Below the pieces are notes generated by a model. The model was not told the origin of the DNA, did not search any database, and worked only from the letters and a program-made list of their open reading frames with translations. Of a stretch of DNA of 64,000 bases, positions 19,668 to 29,618 are shown in pieces. A program made the translations under genes and the position numbers. Origin of the DNA: Nitrospirota bacterium (GTDB lineage: Bacteria; Nitrospirota; Thermodesulfovibrionia; UBA6902; DSMQ01); the NCBI GenBank assembly GCA_016208855.1, contig JACQXF010000078.1:3491-67490 (forward strand), written 5' to 3'. Within the stretch, counting starts at the first letter, position 1. Every line of letters starts with the position of its first letter.

Positions 19668-21119
19668 TTACCTTGCCCTCTCAAGCATCTGCCTCAAAAC
19701 AGGGGCGCGTGCAGCCGCATGCCTGCCCATCTCATTATCAGGGGCAACCCGAAGCTGAATAACATACTCATTATAGGCTGAGCGGACGTCATTTATGCTC
19801 TCATAGCATATGCCAAGAATACCGTGTATATCCTGATGCTTAGGCTGGGCCTCTGCAAAGAGGCTTAGATGCGGAATAGCCATCTTATATGATGTTAACC
19901 TGTAATAGCTCATGCCAAGAAAGTAATGGGCAGCAATGTCCCTGGGATATACTGAAATGGCAGACTTAAGATACCTTACGCCCTCTGCATAACCTCCCCT
20001 TGCATAGTGAAGGGCGCCAAGCCCGCGTAAAGCAGGCTCATAGAGTCTGTCAATATTCAGGGCTTCATGAAATAGCCTTTCAGCGCCATGATAGTCTTTT
20101 CTTTTAAGCATAATAAATCCTCTGAGGGTATAGAAGGACGGCTGATCACTGTTTGCCTTTATTGCCCTTGATACAAGCTCCTCTGCCTCCTCCGGATTAT
20201 TCTTTCCAAAAGCCCTGCCCGCCTTGTCATAGTATTCAAGATAAACCCTGTTGGCCTCTTTTAATGAAGATGTCATTGCATGAAACCGTTCCCTCTTTGC
20301 TCCGTCACCTGAAATTAAGAATGGCCTCATCTCGTTTATTATGCGGTTTATCTCTTCAATCCTTACAGATGTCCTTGGATGGGTAGAAAGCAGCTCTTCA
20401 AAAAATCCCCCTTCTCCTGTGTTTTTGCCTGCTGCCCTCATGTACTCTGCAGATATTCTTTCAAGGTTTCTGTGTGCGCTTACGGCGTTTTCAGGGTTAT
20501 ATCCAAGCCGAAGCATGTACTGTATTCCAAGCCTGTCAGCCTCAAGCTCGTCAGCCCTGCCATATTTCAAAAGTAAAAGGCTGCTGCCTACAGAGCCAAG
20601 CCCTAAGGCAATGTCTGCGTATCCCCCGCTGCCAATGGCAATGCCTGCTGCGCCAAGCCCTGCCTGCTGAAGCATTCCGTAAGTAACCTGCCTTGCCGAG
20701 TGCCGCGCTGAGACATGTCCCATTTCATGGCCCATGACAAAGGCAAATTCAGCCTCATTATCAAGTGCCGCAAGCAATCCCCTTGTGATGACAACATATC
20801 CCGGGATTGCCCATGCATTTGGCACAGAGCTGTTCTGAATGGCAAACTCAACGGGAAGGTTAGGTCTATGAGAAACACTATGCACTCTAAGAATAATGTC
20901 TTTCAGGTATGCCTTTAATTTTTCATCCCTGAACTCTCCTCCGCCTCCCAGGTCGCCCCAGAGGGCATTGGGATAAAGCTCCCTGCCCATCTCTACCTCC
21001 TGCGGCTCAGATACAAACATCAACTCACTCTGGCCTGTAACAGGGTTAATAGCGCAGGATGAGACTGCAAGCAAGAGGCAGGAGGCAGCAAAGAGTGAAA
21101 GAATGTTTTTCCATTTCAT
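19668..21119 (-). CDS. M48-family zinc metallopeptidase with C-terminal TPR repeats (BepA/YfgC-like lipoprotein)
   Basis: Lipoprotein signal (LLLAVSSC), HEMGH zinc motif, and TPR-like C-terminal half. Confidence 0.8.
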   Translation of the reverse strand: MKWKNILSLFAASCLLLAVSSCAINPVTGQSELMFVSEPQEVEMGRELYPNALWGDLGGGGEFRDEKLKAYLKDIILRVHSVSHRPNLPVEFAIQNSSVPNAWAIPGYVVITRGLLAALDNEAEFAFVMGHEMGHVSARHSARQVTYGMLQQAGLGAAGIAIGSGGYADIALGLGSVGSSLLLLKYGRADELEADRLGIQYMLRLGYNPENAVSAHRNLERISAEYMRAAGKNTGEGGFFEELLSTHPRTSVRIEEINRIINEMRPFLISGDGAKRERFHAMTSSLKEANRVYLEYYDKAGRAFGKNNPEEAEELVSRAIKANSDQPSFYTLRGFIMLKRKDYHGAERLFHEALNIDRLYEPALRGLGALHYARGGYAEGVRYLKSAISVYPRDIAAHYFLGMSYYRLTSYKMAIPHLSLFAEAQPKHQDIHGILGICYESINDVRSAYNEYVIQLRVAPDNEMGRHAAARAPVLRQMLERAR

Positions 21120-21432
21120 GATATATACTCGCTATGTTTCATTTATGATGAGATAATGAAAAGATTATGATAAAATTATAGGCAAAATTTATTAAAAAGT
21201 CCAAAAGCAGGAGATAATATATCTGTCCAAAATAGAACTTTATGGGGGCTAAATACCTCATAAACTCAATAACAGCGACATGATATTAATATAGCCTGAG
21301 CTTCAAGCAAAGAGAATTACATTTACTATTAAGAAGATATTGCATAAATTAGGGGTATGAGGAGTCGCTAATTGACTTTATTCGGCATTCAACCCCCATG
21401 TTCTAAACATTTTGGACAGAGGAGATAAGGAA

Positions 21433-21867
21433 ATGAAATATCAGATTGGCGAAACAGGAAGGGTCGTTGTGGCAAGGTTTGAGGATGGAGATAACATACT
21501 TCAGGGTTTAAGTGAAATAGCAAAAAAAGAGGATATAAAGGCAGCAGTATTTCATCTCATAGGGGGCATAAAGGGAGGGAGGTTTGTGGTAGGCCCTGAA
21601 AAAGAGACTATGCCTCCTGTGCCGATGTGGCGCGAGCTTACAGAAAGCCATGAGGTTATAGGCTCAGGCACAATCTTCTGGCAGGAAACAGAGCCAAAGG
21701 TACATTTCCACGGCACCTACGTAAAGCGTGATAATGTAAAGGCAGGATGCCTTAGAGAGAAGAGCGAGACATTCCTCGTCCTTGAGGCGGTAATTATAGA
21801 AATAAAAGGGGTAAATGCAGTAAGGGAGCTTGACCCTAAATCCAACATGGTGCTGCTTAAGTTATGA
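21433..21867 (+). CDS. PPC/DUF296-domain protein
   Basis: MKYQIGETGRVVVARFEDGDNILQGL... is a DUF296 fold. GAGGAG RBS. The ORF-track TTG at 21412 is an upstream extension. Confidence 0.6.
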   Translation: MKYQIGETGRVVVARFEDGDNILQGLSEIAKKEDIKAAVFHLIGGIKGGRFVVGPEKETMPPVPMWRELTESHEVIGSGTIFWQETEPKVHFHGTYVKRDNVKAGCLREKSETFLVLEAVIIEIKGVNAVRELDPKSNMVLLKL

Positions 21868-22826
21868 AGATTTCATTAACAAGCCTAACGCTGTTACTCC
21901 TGTTTGCTTTTTCCCCTCTGTCTTATTCGGGCGCAGAGACGCCTATGCTTAAAGTCAGGGCAAATAAATATCATGGGTATACGAGAATTGTTCTTGAAGG
22001 GCCTGTGCCGCTGATACTAAAAGGCATTGTAAATCAGAAGGGCGAGGATATCATCGTTAATTTTGAAGATACAGGCTTCCTGCTGGAAAATACAGACCTG
22101 TTCGTGCCTTACAAAAAAATAAAAAACACTCTCGTACTTTCTCCGGAAAGGTTCAGGGAAATTAAAGTAACACGCCTAAAGTCTCCTGCCCGTCTGGTCA
22201 TAGATATATATATGGATTCAGGGGCTGAGGATATTAAAAAAACTGCAGATAAGACGAGATTCGTAAAAATCAACACAATCATTATAGACCCGGGGCACGG
22301 CGGTTACGAATACGGCATTATAAAAAATACCATGAAAGAGAAGGATACAGCGCTTGACATCTCAAAAAAACTAAGGGCTATGCTTCTTAACAGTTATGCC
22401 CGCTGTCTTCTCACAAGGGTTGGAGACCAGTCCGTGTCTTTGGAGAAAAGGGCTGATTTCTCAAATACAAAGCACGGCGATGTTTTCCTTAGCATTCATG
22501 TCGGCAGGCACAAGGGCATAGTGATATATACGCCTGCTGTTAAAAATCTGCCTGATACTGCAGAGGAAGATGACGCTAAAGAGACTAAAGATAAAGCACA
22601 GGCCTTAGCAGACGCCATGCAAAGCGCGATAAAAGACAGCCTCGGCAAGGATATGGTATCAATAAAAAAAGCGCCCTATACCGTCCTCTCAAAGATAGAG
22701 GCGCCTGCAATGATAATTGAACTGCCGTCTTTTGAAGATGCTGAGTATACAGATGAATTTAACATTAAAATAGCAAACACCATCTATAAGGGGCTTTATT
22801 TATATGAAAAAGATTCAGAGGATTAG
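21864..22826 (+). CDS. N-acetylmuramoyl-L-alanine amidase (Amidase_3)
   Basis: Signal peptide, IIDPGHGG zinc-binding motif, LSIHV. 4-nt overlap with the upstream gene. Confidence 0.75.
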   Translation: MKISLTSLTLLLLFAFSPLSYSGAETPMLKVRANKYHGYTRIVLEGPVPLILKGIVNQKGEDIIVNFEDTGFLLENTDLFVPYKKIKNTLVLSPERFREIKVTRLKSPARLVIDIYMDSGAEDIKKTADKTRFVKINTIIIDPGHGGYEYGIIKNTMKEKDTALDISKKLRAMLLNSYARCLLTRVGDQSVSLEKRADFSNTKHGDVFLSIHVGRHKGIVIYTPAVKNLPDTAEEDDAKETKDKAQALADAMQSAIKDSLGKDMVSIKKAPYTVLSKIEAPAMIIELPSFEDAEYTDEFNIKIANTIYKGLYLYEKDSED

Positions 22827-23343
22827 AGGCAAAAGCAGCCTCATGCTGTATCTGCTAATTACAATAGTGGTGTTTCTTGGAGGGGCAGCAGGAAGTTATT
22901 TTTATTTTAAGCCAAAGCTCTTACTTGAAATACCCCTCATTAAAGACCTTGCAACCCAGAAGCTAAAAGGGCTCTCCTCAAAAGAGGAAAGCTCTTCCCT
23001 GATACCGAAGGAAAGCCTTATCGTACATACAAGCGCAAAAGAGGCAATAAAAAAATACCTTGACCCTTACAATGCAAAGGTCTTAGAAATTTATGCAGAC
23101 AATGAAGGGGTCATTCATGTTAATCTGAGCAGCGATTTGAAGAAAAATTTTAATGGAGATATATCCGAGGAATATAGTATTATCAGTAGCCTCTACAACA
23201 CAATCAAAGGAACAGTCCCGGGGTTTACCAAAATGAAGATATTGATTGACGGCAGGGAAGTGGACACATTCGGAGGGCATATAGATATTTCCCGGCCAAT
23301 TGAAGAGGACATAGTAAAAAGCAGCGGAGGAGATGATGCGTAA
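22804..23343 (+). CDS. GerMN-domain membrane-anchored protein
   Basis: N-terminal TM helix and a GerM-like domain. Often co-operonic with amidases. Confidence 0.5.
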   Translation: MKKIQRIRGKSSLMLYLLITIVVFLGGAAGSYFYFKPKLLLEIPLIKDLATQKLKGLSSKEESSSLIPKESLIVHTSAKEAIKKYLDPYNAKVLEIYADNEGVIHVNLSSDLKKNFNGDISEEYSIISSLYNTIKGTVPGFTKMKILIDGREVDTFGGHIDISRPIEEDIVKSSGGDDA

Positions 23344-24058
23344 TGACGGAAGAACGACTGATAAATTAAGAGGCATAAAGATTACGCGGAATTTTCTTAA
23401 TACGGCAGAAGGCTCGGTATTAATAGCGGTAGGAAATACAAAGGTAATCTGCACCGCCACTATAGAGGAGAAGGTTCCCCAGTTCCTTAAGGACACCGAT
23501 AGGGGATGGATTACCGCAGAATACTCAATGCTTCCGCGCTCAACGCCTGCAAGGATAACAAGGGAGTCAACAACAGGCAAGGTCGGCGGAAGGACTCATG
23601 AGATACAGAGGCTTATCGGCAGGACAATGCGCTCTGTTGTTGACATGAATGCGCTCGGGAAGCGCACCATATGGCTTGACTGCGATGTTATACAAGCAGA
23701 CGGAGGCACAAGGACAGCCTCAATAACAGGCGCATTCGTAGCCCTTTCAGATGCAGTAAGATACGCTGTTGAGAAGAAGATAATTGAGAAAAACCCCATC
23801 AGAGACTCTGTCGCAGCAGTAAGCGTTGGGGTTGTAAACGGCGAAGCGCTGCTTGATCTCTCCTATGCAGAGGATTCATCAGCCGAGGTTGATATGAATG
23901 TGGTGATGACAGGCTCAGGGAAGTTTATTGAGATTCAGGGCACTGCTGAGACTGCCCCTTTTGGCAAGGAGCATCTGCAGAAGATGCTTGAGCTTGCAGA
24001 GACAGGGATAAAGCAGATTATTGAGATACAGAAGAAGGCGTTAGAAAACAAAACCTGA
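23333..24058 (+). CDS. rph: Ribonuclease PH
   Basis: MRNDGR...[31 protein letters not shown] is the canonical RNase PH N-terminus. Full-length, 241 aa. Confidence 0.9.
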   Translation: MMRNDGRTTDKLRGIKITRNFLNTAEGSVLIAVGNTKVICTATIEEKVPQFLKDTDRGWITAEYSMLPRSTPARITRESTTGKVGGRTHEIQRLIGRTMRSVVDMNALGKRTIWLDCDVIQADGGTRTASITGAFVALSDAVRYAVEKKIIEKNPIRDSVAAVSVGVVNGEALLDLSYAEDSSAEVDMNVVMTGSGKFIEIQGTAETAPFGKEHLQKMLELAETGIKQIIEIQKKALENKT

Positions 24059-24068
24059 TTTCTATTAT

Positions 24069-24866
24069 CTATACTTTTCCTACATATTCAGACATAATCT
24101 GCATATTCTTTTTTAATGCCTTGTCAACTACCTGCGGCAAGAGTTTGTTTATCAGGACAAAGAATCTTTCAGGCGCCCCGATATATACCTCGTCTTTTTC
24201 CTTTTCAACAGCGCCTACAATAACAGACGCTACACTCTCAGGTTTGTCAAGGTGCATTTTTGTCCTCCCTGCCATCTCAAAAAATAGAGGCTTCTGAGAC
24301 GTCCTTGTCGCACGCGGAGCAACATAAGTAACGCCAACCCCGGTGCCCATAAGCTCCCTCCTCAGCGCCTCTGAAAATCCCCTCACCGCAAACTTGCTTG
24401 CAGAGTAGATACCAAACAGAGGGAAAGAAATACTTCCAAATATAGAGCCTATATTAACTATCCTGCCTCTTCTCTGCGTTATCATGTCAGGCAGTACTTT
24501 CTGTGTCAGCCTGATCGTACCATAAATATTGACAAGCAGCGTCTTCATCACCTCGTCTCCGCTATGGTCCACAATCAGCTTAAAGGGCATTATGCCGGCA
24601 CAGTTTACAAGCACGTCTATATTGCCAAGTTTTGTCTTTGAGTCGTTTAATACAACATTAATGCCATTGTCTGTAGTAATGTCTGCAGCTATAGCTGCGG
24701 ATTTAACGCTATGTCTTGCAATCTCAAGGCTTAGCTTTTCAAGTCTGTCTGCATTTTTGTCTATAAGGCACACATTAGAGCCGCTCTTGGCAAATGCCAT
24801 AGCTGTATAACTGCCAATGCCGCCTGATGCGCCTGTAATAATCACATTCTTGCCTTTAAGAGTCAT
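24069..24866 (-). CDS. Short-chain dehydrogenase/reductase (classical SDR)
   Basis: TGASGGIGS cofactor motif and YSASK catalytic motif. Confidence 0.8.
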   Translation of the reverse strand: MTLKGKNVIITGASGGIGSYTAMAFAKSGSNVCLIDKNADRLEKLSLEIARHSVKSAAIAADITTDNGINVVLNDSKTKLGNIDVLVNCAGIMPFKLIVDHSGDEVMKTLLVNIYGTIRLTQKVLPDMITQRRGRIVNIGSIFGSISFPLFGIYSASKFAVRGFSEALRRELMGTGVGVTYVAPRATRTSQKPLFFEMAGRTKMHLDKPESVASVIVGAVEKEKDEVYIGAPERFFVLINKLLPQVVDKALKKNMQIMSEYVGKV

Positions 24867-25657
24867 TTCAAGCCTCCTGCCTTATCGTCTTGCATCAGCC
24901 TTATTGCCTCTGCCTGCTCTTTTAAGTCCTCGACTACTTTTTCTTTGAGAACAGGGGCTGCAACAACAGAATTCAGATACCTGAGCGCCTCTTCATTGTT
25001 GCCGGACTTAATGAGCGCTTCTGCATAAAAAACTAAATTTGTCTTATTCTGAGGCGCAACTTCAACTGCCCTCTTTAGGCTCTCCAGCGCCTTTTTCTCT
25101 GACGGCCACCAGAGAACAAGAGGGATCTTTGGAGACTTATGGTGAACCCTTCCAAGCACCCTGTAGCCTGCGGCGTCCTCATAACGCTCATCAACTGATA
25201 TAATAATTTCGGATAAAGACTTTATCTTGTCTGCCACCCCCTTCTTAGCAGCCTCCATTATTCCCGAGACCTCTGCCCATCTGCCCCATGCGCCCGAAAG
25301 CCAGTAGCTTATCCCTGCGCTTTTTGGGTATCTTCTCAGGCCTTCTTCGCCGATAAATATTGCCTTGTTAAATAACTCCTGCTGTCTGTTCTTATCCAGC
25401 TTCACATACGTGCCGTAAAAATAAATACTTTTAAGCAGCCTCACATAAATGCCTTCTGACTTGTCTCCGCTGTCATAGGCGTCAGTAAATAGTTTTATTG
25501 CCTTCTCAATAGGCCTGCTGTCAGCCCATTCTCCGTTGTGCCCTTCTGCCCTTGCATCAAAGAAGGCGTCGCCCTTGGCAGTCAACTCTGATGTGCTGCT
25601 AAATGCCTTAGACGGCAAAAGACTTAAAAACATTATCACTATCAAAAATACTCTCAT
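24863..25657 (-). CDS. Secreted TPR-like hypothetical protein
   Basis: Signal peptide MRVFLIVIMFLSLLPSKAFS with a GGAGGA RBS. Helical repeat-like body. The ORF-track 5' extension to 25792 covers a palindromic repeat element and is unlikely to be coding. Confidence 0.5.
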   Translation of the reverse strand: MRVFLIVIMFLSLLPSKAFSSTSELTAKGDAFFDARAEGHNGEWADSRPIEKAIKLFTDAYDSGDKSEGIYVRLLKSIYFYGTYVKLDKNRQQELFNKAIFIGEEGLRRYPKSAGISYWLSGAWGRWAEVSGIMEAAKKGVADKIKSLSEIIISVDERYEDAAGYRVLGRVHHKSPKIPLVLWWPSEKKALESLKRAVEVAPQNKTNLVFYAEALIKSGNNEEALRYLNSVVAAPVLKEKVVEDLKEQAEAIRLMQDDKAGGLK

Positions 25658-25716
25658 ATATTCCTCCTTGCCTGATATTTCAACTACTGACTCACGCAAA
25701 ATTAATGCCCTATCTT

Positions 25717-25795
25717 GTGTCATTCCGGCTTGTCCGGAATCTTTCTTAAAGAAGGACTCCCGACAAGCGAGAGTGACAAACGTGGAGGACATTAC
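25717..25795. repeat. Palindromic element sharing the gtcattccgg-cttgtc-cggaatc hairpin
   Basis: gtcattccggcttgtccggaatc ... ggactcccgacaagcgagagtgac (imperfect inverted copy). Confidence 0.45.
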
Positions 25796-25806
25796 TTACA
25801 CGTTTA

Positions 25807-26862
25807 TCAATAAAGCTTTGCCTTCATCTGCCCAAGCATCTTCTGCCGCTCCTTTGCCGTATACATGGTTGACCAGTAACAGCCCGAACACTCGGCAACA
25901 TTGTCTTTCCATGCCTTCATATACTCTTTGTATGCCGCTTTATTGCTGAAGTCAAATATATTGAACTGCTTTGATGTCTTGCCGCGCACATTTATGCAGT
26001 CCATAACGGCTCCGTCAGCATCCACAATCAGCCTTGGCGGTATGCCGCCATTGAAACACTTCCAGTTAAGCCTGACTCCCAGCGAAGGCATATTCCTCAG
26101 GTATTCTTCTGTAGGCAAAATAAGCGCCCCTGCTTTTTTCATCTGGATAAGTCTTTCTGATATTAAAGACATCTTTTCTTCATGCGCCTCTGTGAGCCTA
26201 TAGCTGTTATCCATAATCTCTGTCTTCTCCCATTTGTCTCCCTTTCCCCATATTATTGGACATATATTTGTCCAGAAGCCGTTGTCATTCAGATACTCAA
26301 CTACATCCATGACATTGTCAATGTTGCAGGCTGTTATAACTATATTTCCGCATAAGTTTGGGACGCCCTTTTCTTTAAGCCTGTGAAGCATCTTAATGCC
26401 TGATGATGACTTTTTAAGATGCCCAAGCCCGTTGTCCTCTCCGCCAAGCACGTCAATACTTGCCACATATGTCTTAAGACCTGCATTGACAAGCTCATCA
26501 AGCCGGCTGTCCTTGAATGTAGAGTTTGACACGATAGAATACTCCATGCTTGTCTCTTCGTTTATGAATCTGATTAACTCCCCTATCCACGGCAGCACAG
26601 TAGGCTCGCCGCCTGCTATGTTTACAAACCTGATGCCAAGGGATTCCATTATCATTAGGGCTTCCTTCCACTCTTCAAGCCCAAGCTCTAAGTCAAATTG
26701 TGTCTTGATTATCTTGCAGTACTGGCATGACAAGTTGCACTTCCTCGTAAGATAAACCGAGCCTTCAATTACCTTTAATTTTGACAAATCATCAGGCGTA
26801 ATTTTAAACATCTCCCACAGTTTGTCAGCAGCAATGCTGATATTACCTGAGTCTGTAAGCAT
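25807..26862 (-). CDS. Radical SAM protein with a Cys-rich C-terminus
   Basis: CNLSCQYC (CxxxCxxC) near the N-terminus and CSGCYW near the C-terminus. GGAGGAGGA RBS before the second ATG, complement of 26860-26862, so the start is called at 26862. The first ATG at 26880 lacks an RBS. Confidence 0.7.
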   Translation of the reverse strand: MLTDSGNISIAADKLWEMFKITPDDLSKLKVIEGSVYLTRKCNLSCQYCKIIKTQFDLELGLEEWKEALMIMESLGIRFVNIAGGEPTVLPWIGELIRFINEETSMEYSIVSNSTFKDSRLDELVNAGLKTYVASIDVLGGEDNGLGHLKKSSSGIKMLHRLKEKGVPNLCGNIVITACNIDNVMDVVEYLNDNGFWTNICPIIWGKGDKWEKTEIMDNSYRLTEAHEEKMSLISERLIQMKKAGALILPTEEYLRNMPSLGVRLNWKCFNGGIPPRLIVDADGAVMDCINVRGKTSKQFNIFDFSNKAAYKEYMKAWKDNVAECSGCYWSTMYTAKERQKMLGQMKAKLY

Positions 26863-26900
26863 TATTCCTCCTCCATTCATTTAATAACTGCTATTGTGTC

Positions 26901-27056
26901 GAGGTTTTTGCAAAAGTCCTAAAAACCGCCCTCCCCCTTGAGGGGGGAGGGTTAGGGTGGGGGGTAAAAGATAGAAGTTATCAATGAGTTTTATTTTCAC
27001 CCTCCCCTTCATCCCCTCCCCTCAAGGGAGGGGAAACATACTTTTGCAAGAGCCTC
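26901..27056. repeat. MITE-like element A with imperfect ~17-bp terminal inverted repeats (gagg..ttgcaaaagt) and two G-rich palindromes
   Basis: Left end gaggtttttgcaaaagt, right end acttttgcaagagcctc. Internal ccctcccccttgaggggggaggg and cccctcccctcaagggagggg. Confidence 0.6.
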
Positions 27057-27061
27057 TATCT

Positions 27062-28543
27062 TTAATGACACTCAACATGTTTGCTTCCCATAAATTCAAT
27101 CTCTTTCTTGTAAAGTTTCATAATCTTCTGCCTGTTAAGCCTTCCTGACATGGTGATGGTGCCGTCAGCAGGATTAAAGGGTTTTTCAATCAAATAAATC
27201 CTCTTTGGCCTGGCATATCCAGGGAGACCTTTTTCAATTTTTGATAGGGAATTTTTAAGGGATGTTATGTCCCTGCGATCTTTATCCACATAAATAAGCG
27301 CCGACACATGGGGCATTGCCTCGCCAAAGACAAACGACTGTCTTACGCCCCAAGCCCTCTTTAGTTCTGCCTCAATCCATTCAGGCGATATATTTCTACC
27401 GGTGCTCGTAATTATTACATCCTTTTTTCTGCCTGTAACATAAAGAAATCCATCCTCATCAATATAGCCCACATCGCCTGTATGCCATACCCCGCTGCCT
27501 CCGCACCCTCCGCCTGTATAACCGGCCATTATAGAGCTGCCTGATACCATTATCTCGCCGTCATCAGCAATCGTTACGTTTAAATGGGGAAGCGGCCTTC
27601 CTACGCTTCCGATCTTCATCTCTTTTGCCGTATTTACAGATACCACAGACGTGCATTCGCTCAATCCATAGCCCTCATACACAGGAAGCCCTAACCTATG
27701 CGCTGTCTTGATTGTCTCTGCTGAAACCACTGCCCCGCCGCACGCTATAAAATTAAGAGGCTCTGCAATCCTCCGCTCCAGCCTCCATGAGCGTATGAGA
27801 TTTTCCAATATCTCGGGCACAAGAAGAAGCGCCGTAGGTTTTACCTCATTAAGTATCCTATAGAGATTTTTCCCTGACATATTCAAGCTGCACTCAGCAT
27901 GGTAGATAACCTCTGCCCCGCACATAATGGGCAGATAAAGGCCTGCGATATTCTCAAGAAGTACGCTCAGGGGGAGAATGGACAAGTACTTCTCTCCCTG
28001 TCTGACGTTTACAGCGTCTTTTAAAGAGCTAAGTACAGCATCAACCCCCTGCATTGTTATCATCACTCCTTTGGGAGCGCCTGTTGTCCCTGATGTATAA
28101 GTAATCTTAATAACATCACCTTCTCTAACTGTAGGCATTGCGGTTCTATGAGTGAGTTGTTTCTTTATCTCATGCAGAGAGGCAGTTTTATGTATAATGA
28201 GTTCATCTTTAATAAGCGGCGCTATGCTGCCTTCAACAACCGCCTTTTTAATTCCGCTGTCTCTGACAATGTGCATCATCTGTGAATATGAAAAAAACTC
28301 AGGTATCGGCACCACAATACATCCCTTCAATGTTAATGCTATGTCATAGACGCACCAAAGAGGATTGCTGCCAATCAGCAGACCGACCCTTTCTCCTTGA
28401 CTAAAGGGGGCAAGTCTTGATGCTGTAGTAATAATCGCACCCCTTAGCTCCCTGTAAGTGAGGCCTTCTCCGTCAGCCTGTCTTAGGGCAACACTGTGAG
28501 GCGCATCTTCTGCAAAATTATTTATAGCATTCCATACCAGCAT
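27062..28543 (-). CDS. AMP-dependent acyl-CoA/acyl-carrier ligase
   Basis: AMP-binding motif TYTSGTTGAPKGV, YGLSE, and the C-terminal GDVGYIDEDGFLYVTGRKKDVI hinge. Start ambiguous (GTG 28570 or ATG 28543). Confidence 0.75.
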   Translation of the reverse strand: MLVWNAINNFAEDAPHSVALRQADGEGLTYRELRGAIITTASRLAPFSQGERVGLLIGSNPLWCVYDIALTLKGCIVVPIPEFFSYSQMMHIVRDSGIKKAVVEGSIAPLIKDELIIHKTASLHEIKKQLTHRTAMPTVREGDVIKITYTSGTTGAPKGVMITMQGVDAVLSSLKDAVNVRQGEKYLSILPLSVLLENIAGLYLPIMCGAEVIYHAECSLNMSGKNLYRILNEVKPTALLLVPEILENLIRSWRLERRIAEPLNFIACGGAVVSAETIKTAHRLGLPVYEGYGLSECTSVVSVNTAKEMKIGSVGRPLPHLNVTIADDGEIMVSGSSIMAGYTGGGCGGSGVWHTGDVGYIDEDGFLYVTGRKKDVIITSTGRNISPEWIEAELKRAWGVRQSFVFGEAMPHVSALIYVDKDRRDITSLKNSLSKIEKGLPGYARPKRIYLIEKPFNPADGTITMSGRLNRQKIMKLYKKEIEFMGSKHVECH

Positions 28544-29272
28544 GGGATTGCCTTTTTTGCATATTTGCACTACCTAATCTAACGCCTGCATTAAATGCCG
28601 CCAGCATACCTGTATATAAGGGATTAGAGGGGTCTATAGAGAGCAGCTCCTCTAAATACTTATGCTCCTTTTCTATATCTATCCATGCAACGGCAGGGTC
28701 GCTCTCATAATATGTGCCCCAGGTATCCGGGGCGCCTGTCAGTTTTTCCTTTCTTGCACTAACAATGATGTTAAGCCTAATCCCAAGAGAGGCAAATAAA
28801 TTTCTTAATCCATTTGTTGCCGTGAATGTTATATACTGTGTATCCATGCAGTTAAGCAGCCCTGTAACTGCCGGGATTAGATAGTATCCGAACCCTGCTA
28901 TGTGTGACGCCATATTGCCGATCTCAGTGACACAGCCTCGTTTCACATGAGTCGGGGCATTAAATTTTTCCATGGAGATGTACCGCTCCACAGGCATATC
29001 AAGATATTGTTCACAAAAAAAGGCAGGAGAAGACGCTTTATTCATCCCAACACAACCAAGCATCTCTCCGCGCCATCCATTGATAGCGAGATAGCTCTGA
29101 CAATAAGGATGGATTTTCGCATTATATTTACGATAGTAGACGTCCATCACAAAGCCCTCAAGGATATGCCATTGCGGATTATCCCTCTCTATAAGTTCTA
29201 ATCCTGCCAACTCTCCTATTTGTTCTGTAAGCAATGTTTTTATTCTCCTAAAAGACGGTGTTGCTTTACACA
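28518..29272 (-). CDS. Putative GNAT-like N-acyltransferase (FeeM/N-acyl amino acid synthase-like), translationally coupled to the AMP-ligase
   Basis: A ~251 aa ORF from MCKATPSF... overlaps the ligase gene start. The assignment rests on context and size, not a recognised motif. The ORF-track extension to 29474 covers MITE-like repeats. Confidence 0.3.
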
Positions 29273-29382
29273 TGCTTTTATCATTTCCTAATTTTTGGGC
29301 TGTCCCGCAATTATCCGCCCACTCATCCCATAACACTTTTTTCATCATCTTGCCATTTCCTGATTTATTAATTATCTCAGTT

Positions 29383-29481
29383 GAGCCTCTTGCAAAAGTA
29401 TCGGGGAAATCGGTTTTGCCGTCATACCCGCCCCCGATTAAGACTTCGGGAATAACAAATAAAGACTTTTGCAAGAGCCTC
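29383..29481. repeat. MITE-like element B (same family)
   Basis: gagcctcttgcaaaagt ... acttttgcaagagcctc, flanking gtcatacccgcccccgattaag. Confidence 0.6.
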
Positions 29482-29618
29482 AGTCTATTTAGTATCGATA
29501 TAAGGCAGATATTGCAAAGGGCATGCCAGCAGAAATTACATTTAAAATTAGATGGTTAGCTTCTCAAGGGAAAATAAAGATGGGGGATCTGCCCTGATAG
29601 GCAGGTGAAATGCCCCGT

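Noticed and set aside
24863-25792. Full 309-aa extent of the TPR-like ORF
   Set aside because: Its N-terminal 45 codons cover a palindromic repeat element (25717-25795). A signal peptide with a GGAGGA RBS begins at the internal Met at 25657.
28518-29474. Full 318-aa extent of the ORF downstream of the AMP-ligase
   Set aside because: The 5' ~200 nt coincide with MITE-like inverted repeats (29383-29481) that recur in intergenic DNA elsewhere. The start was moved to the internal ATG at 29272.
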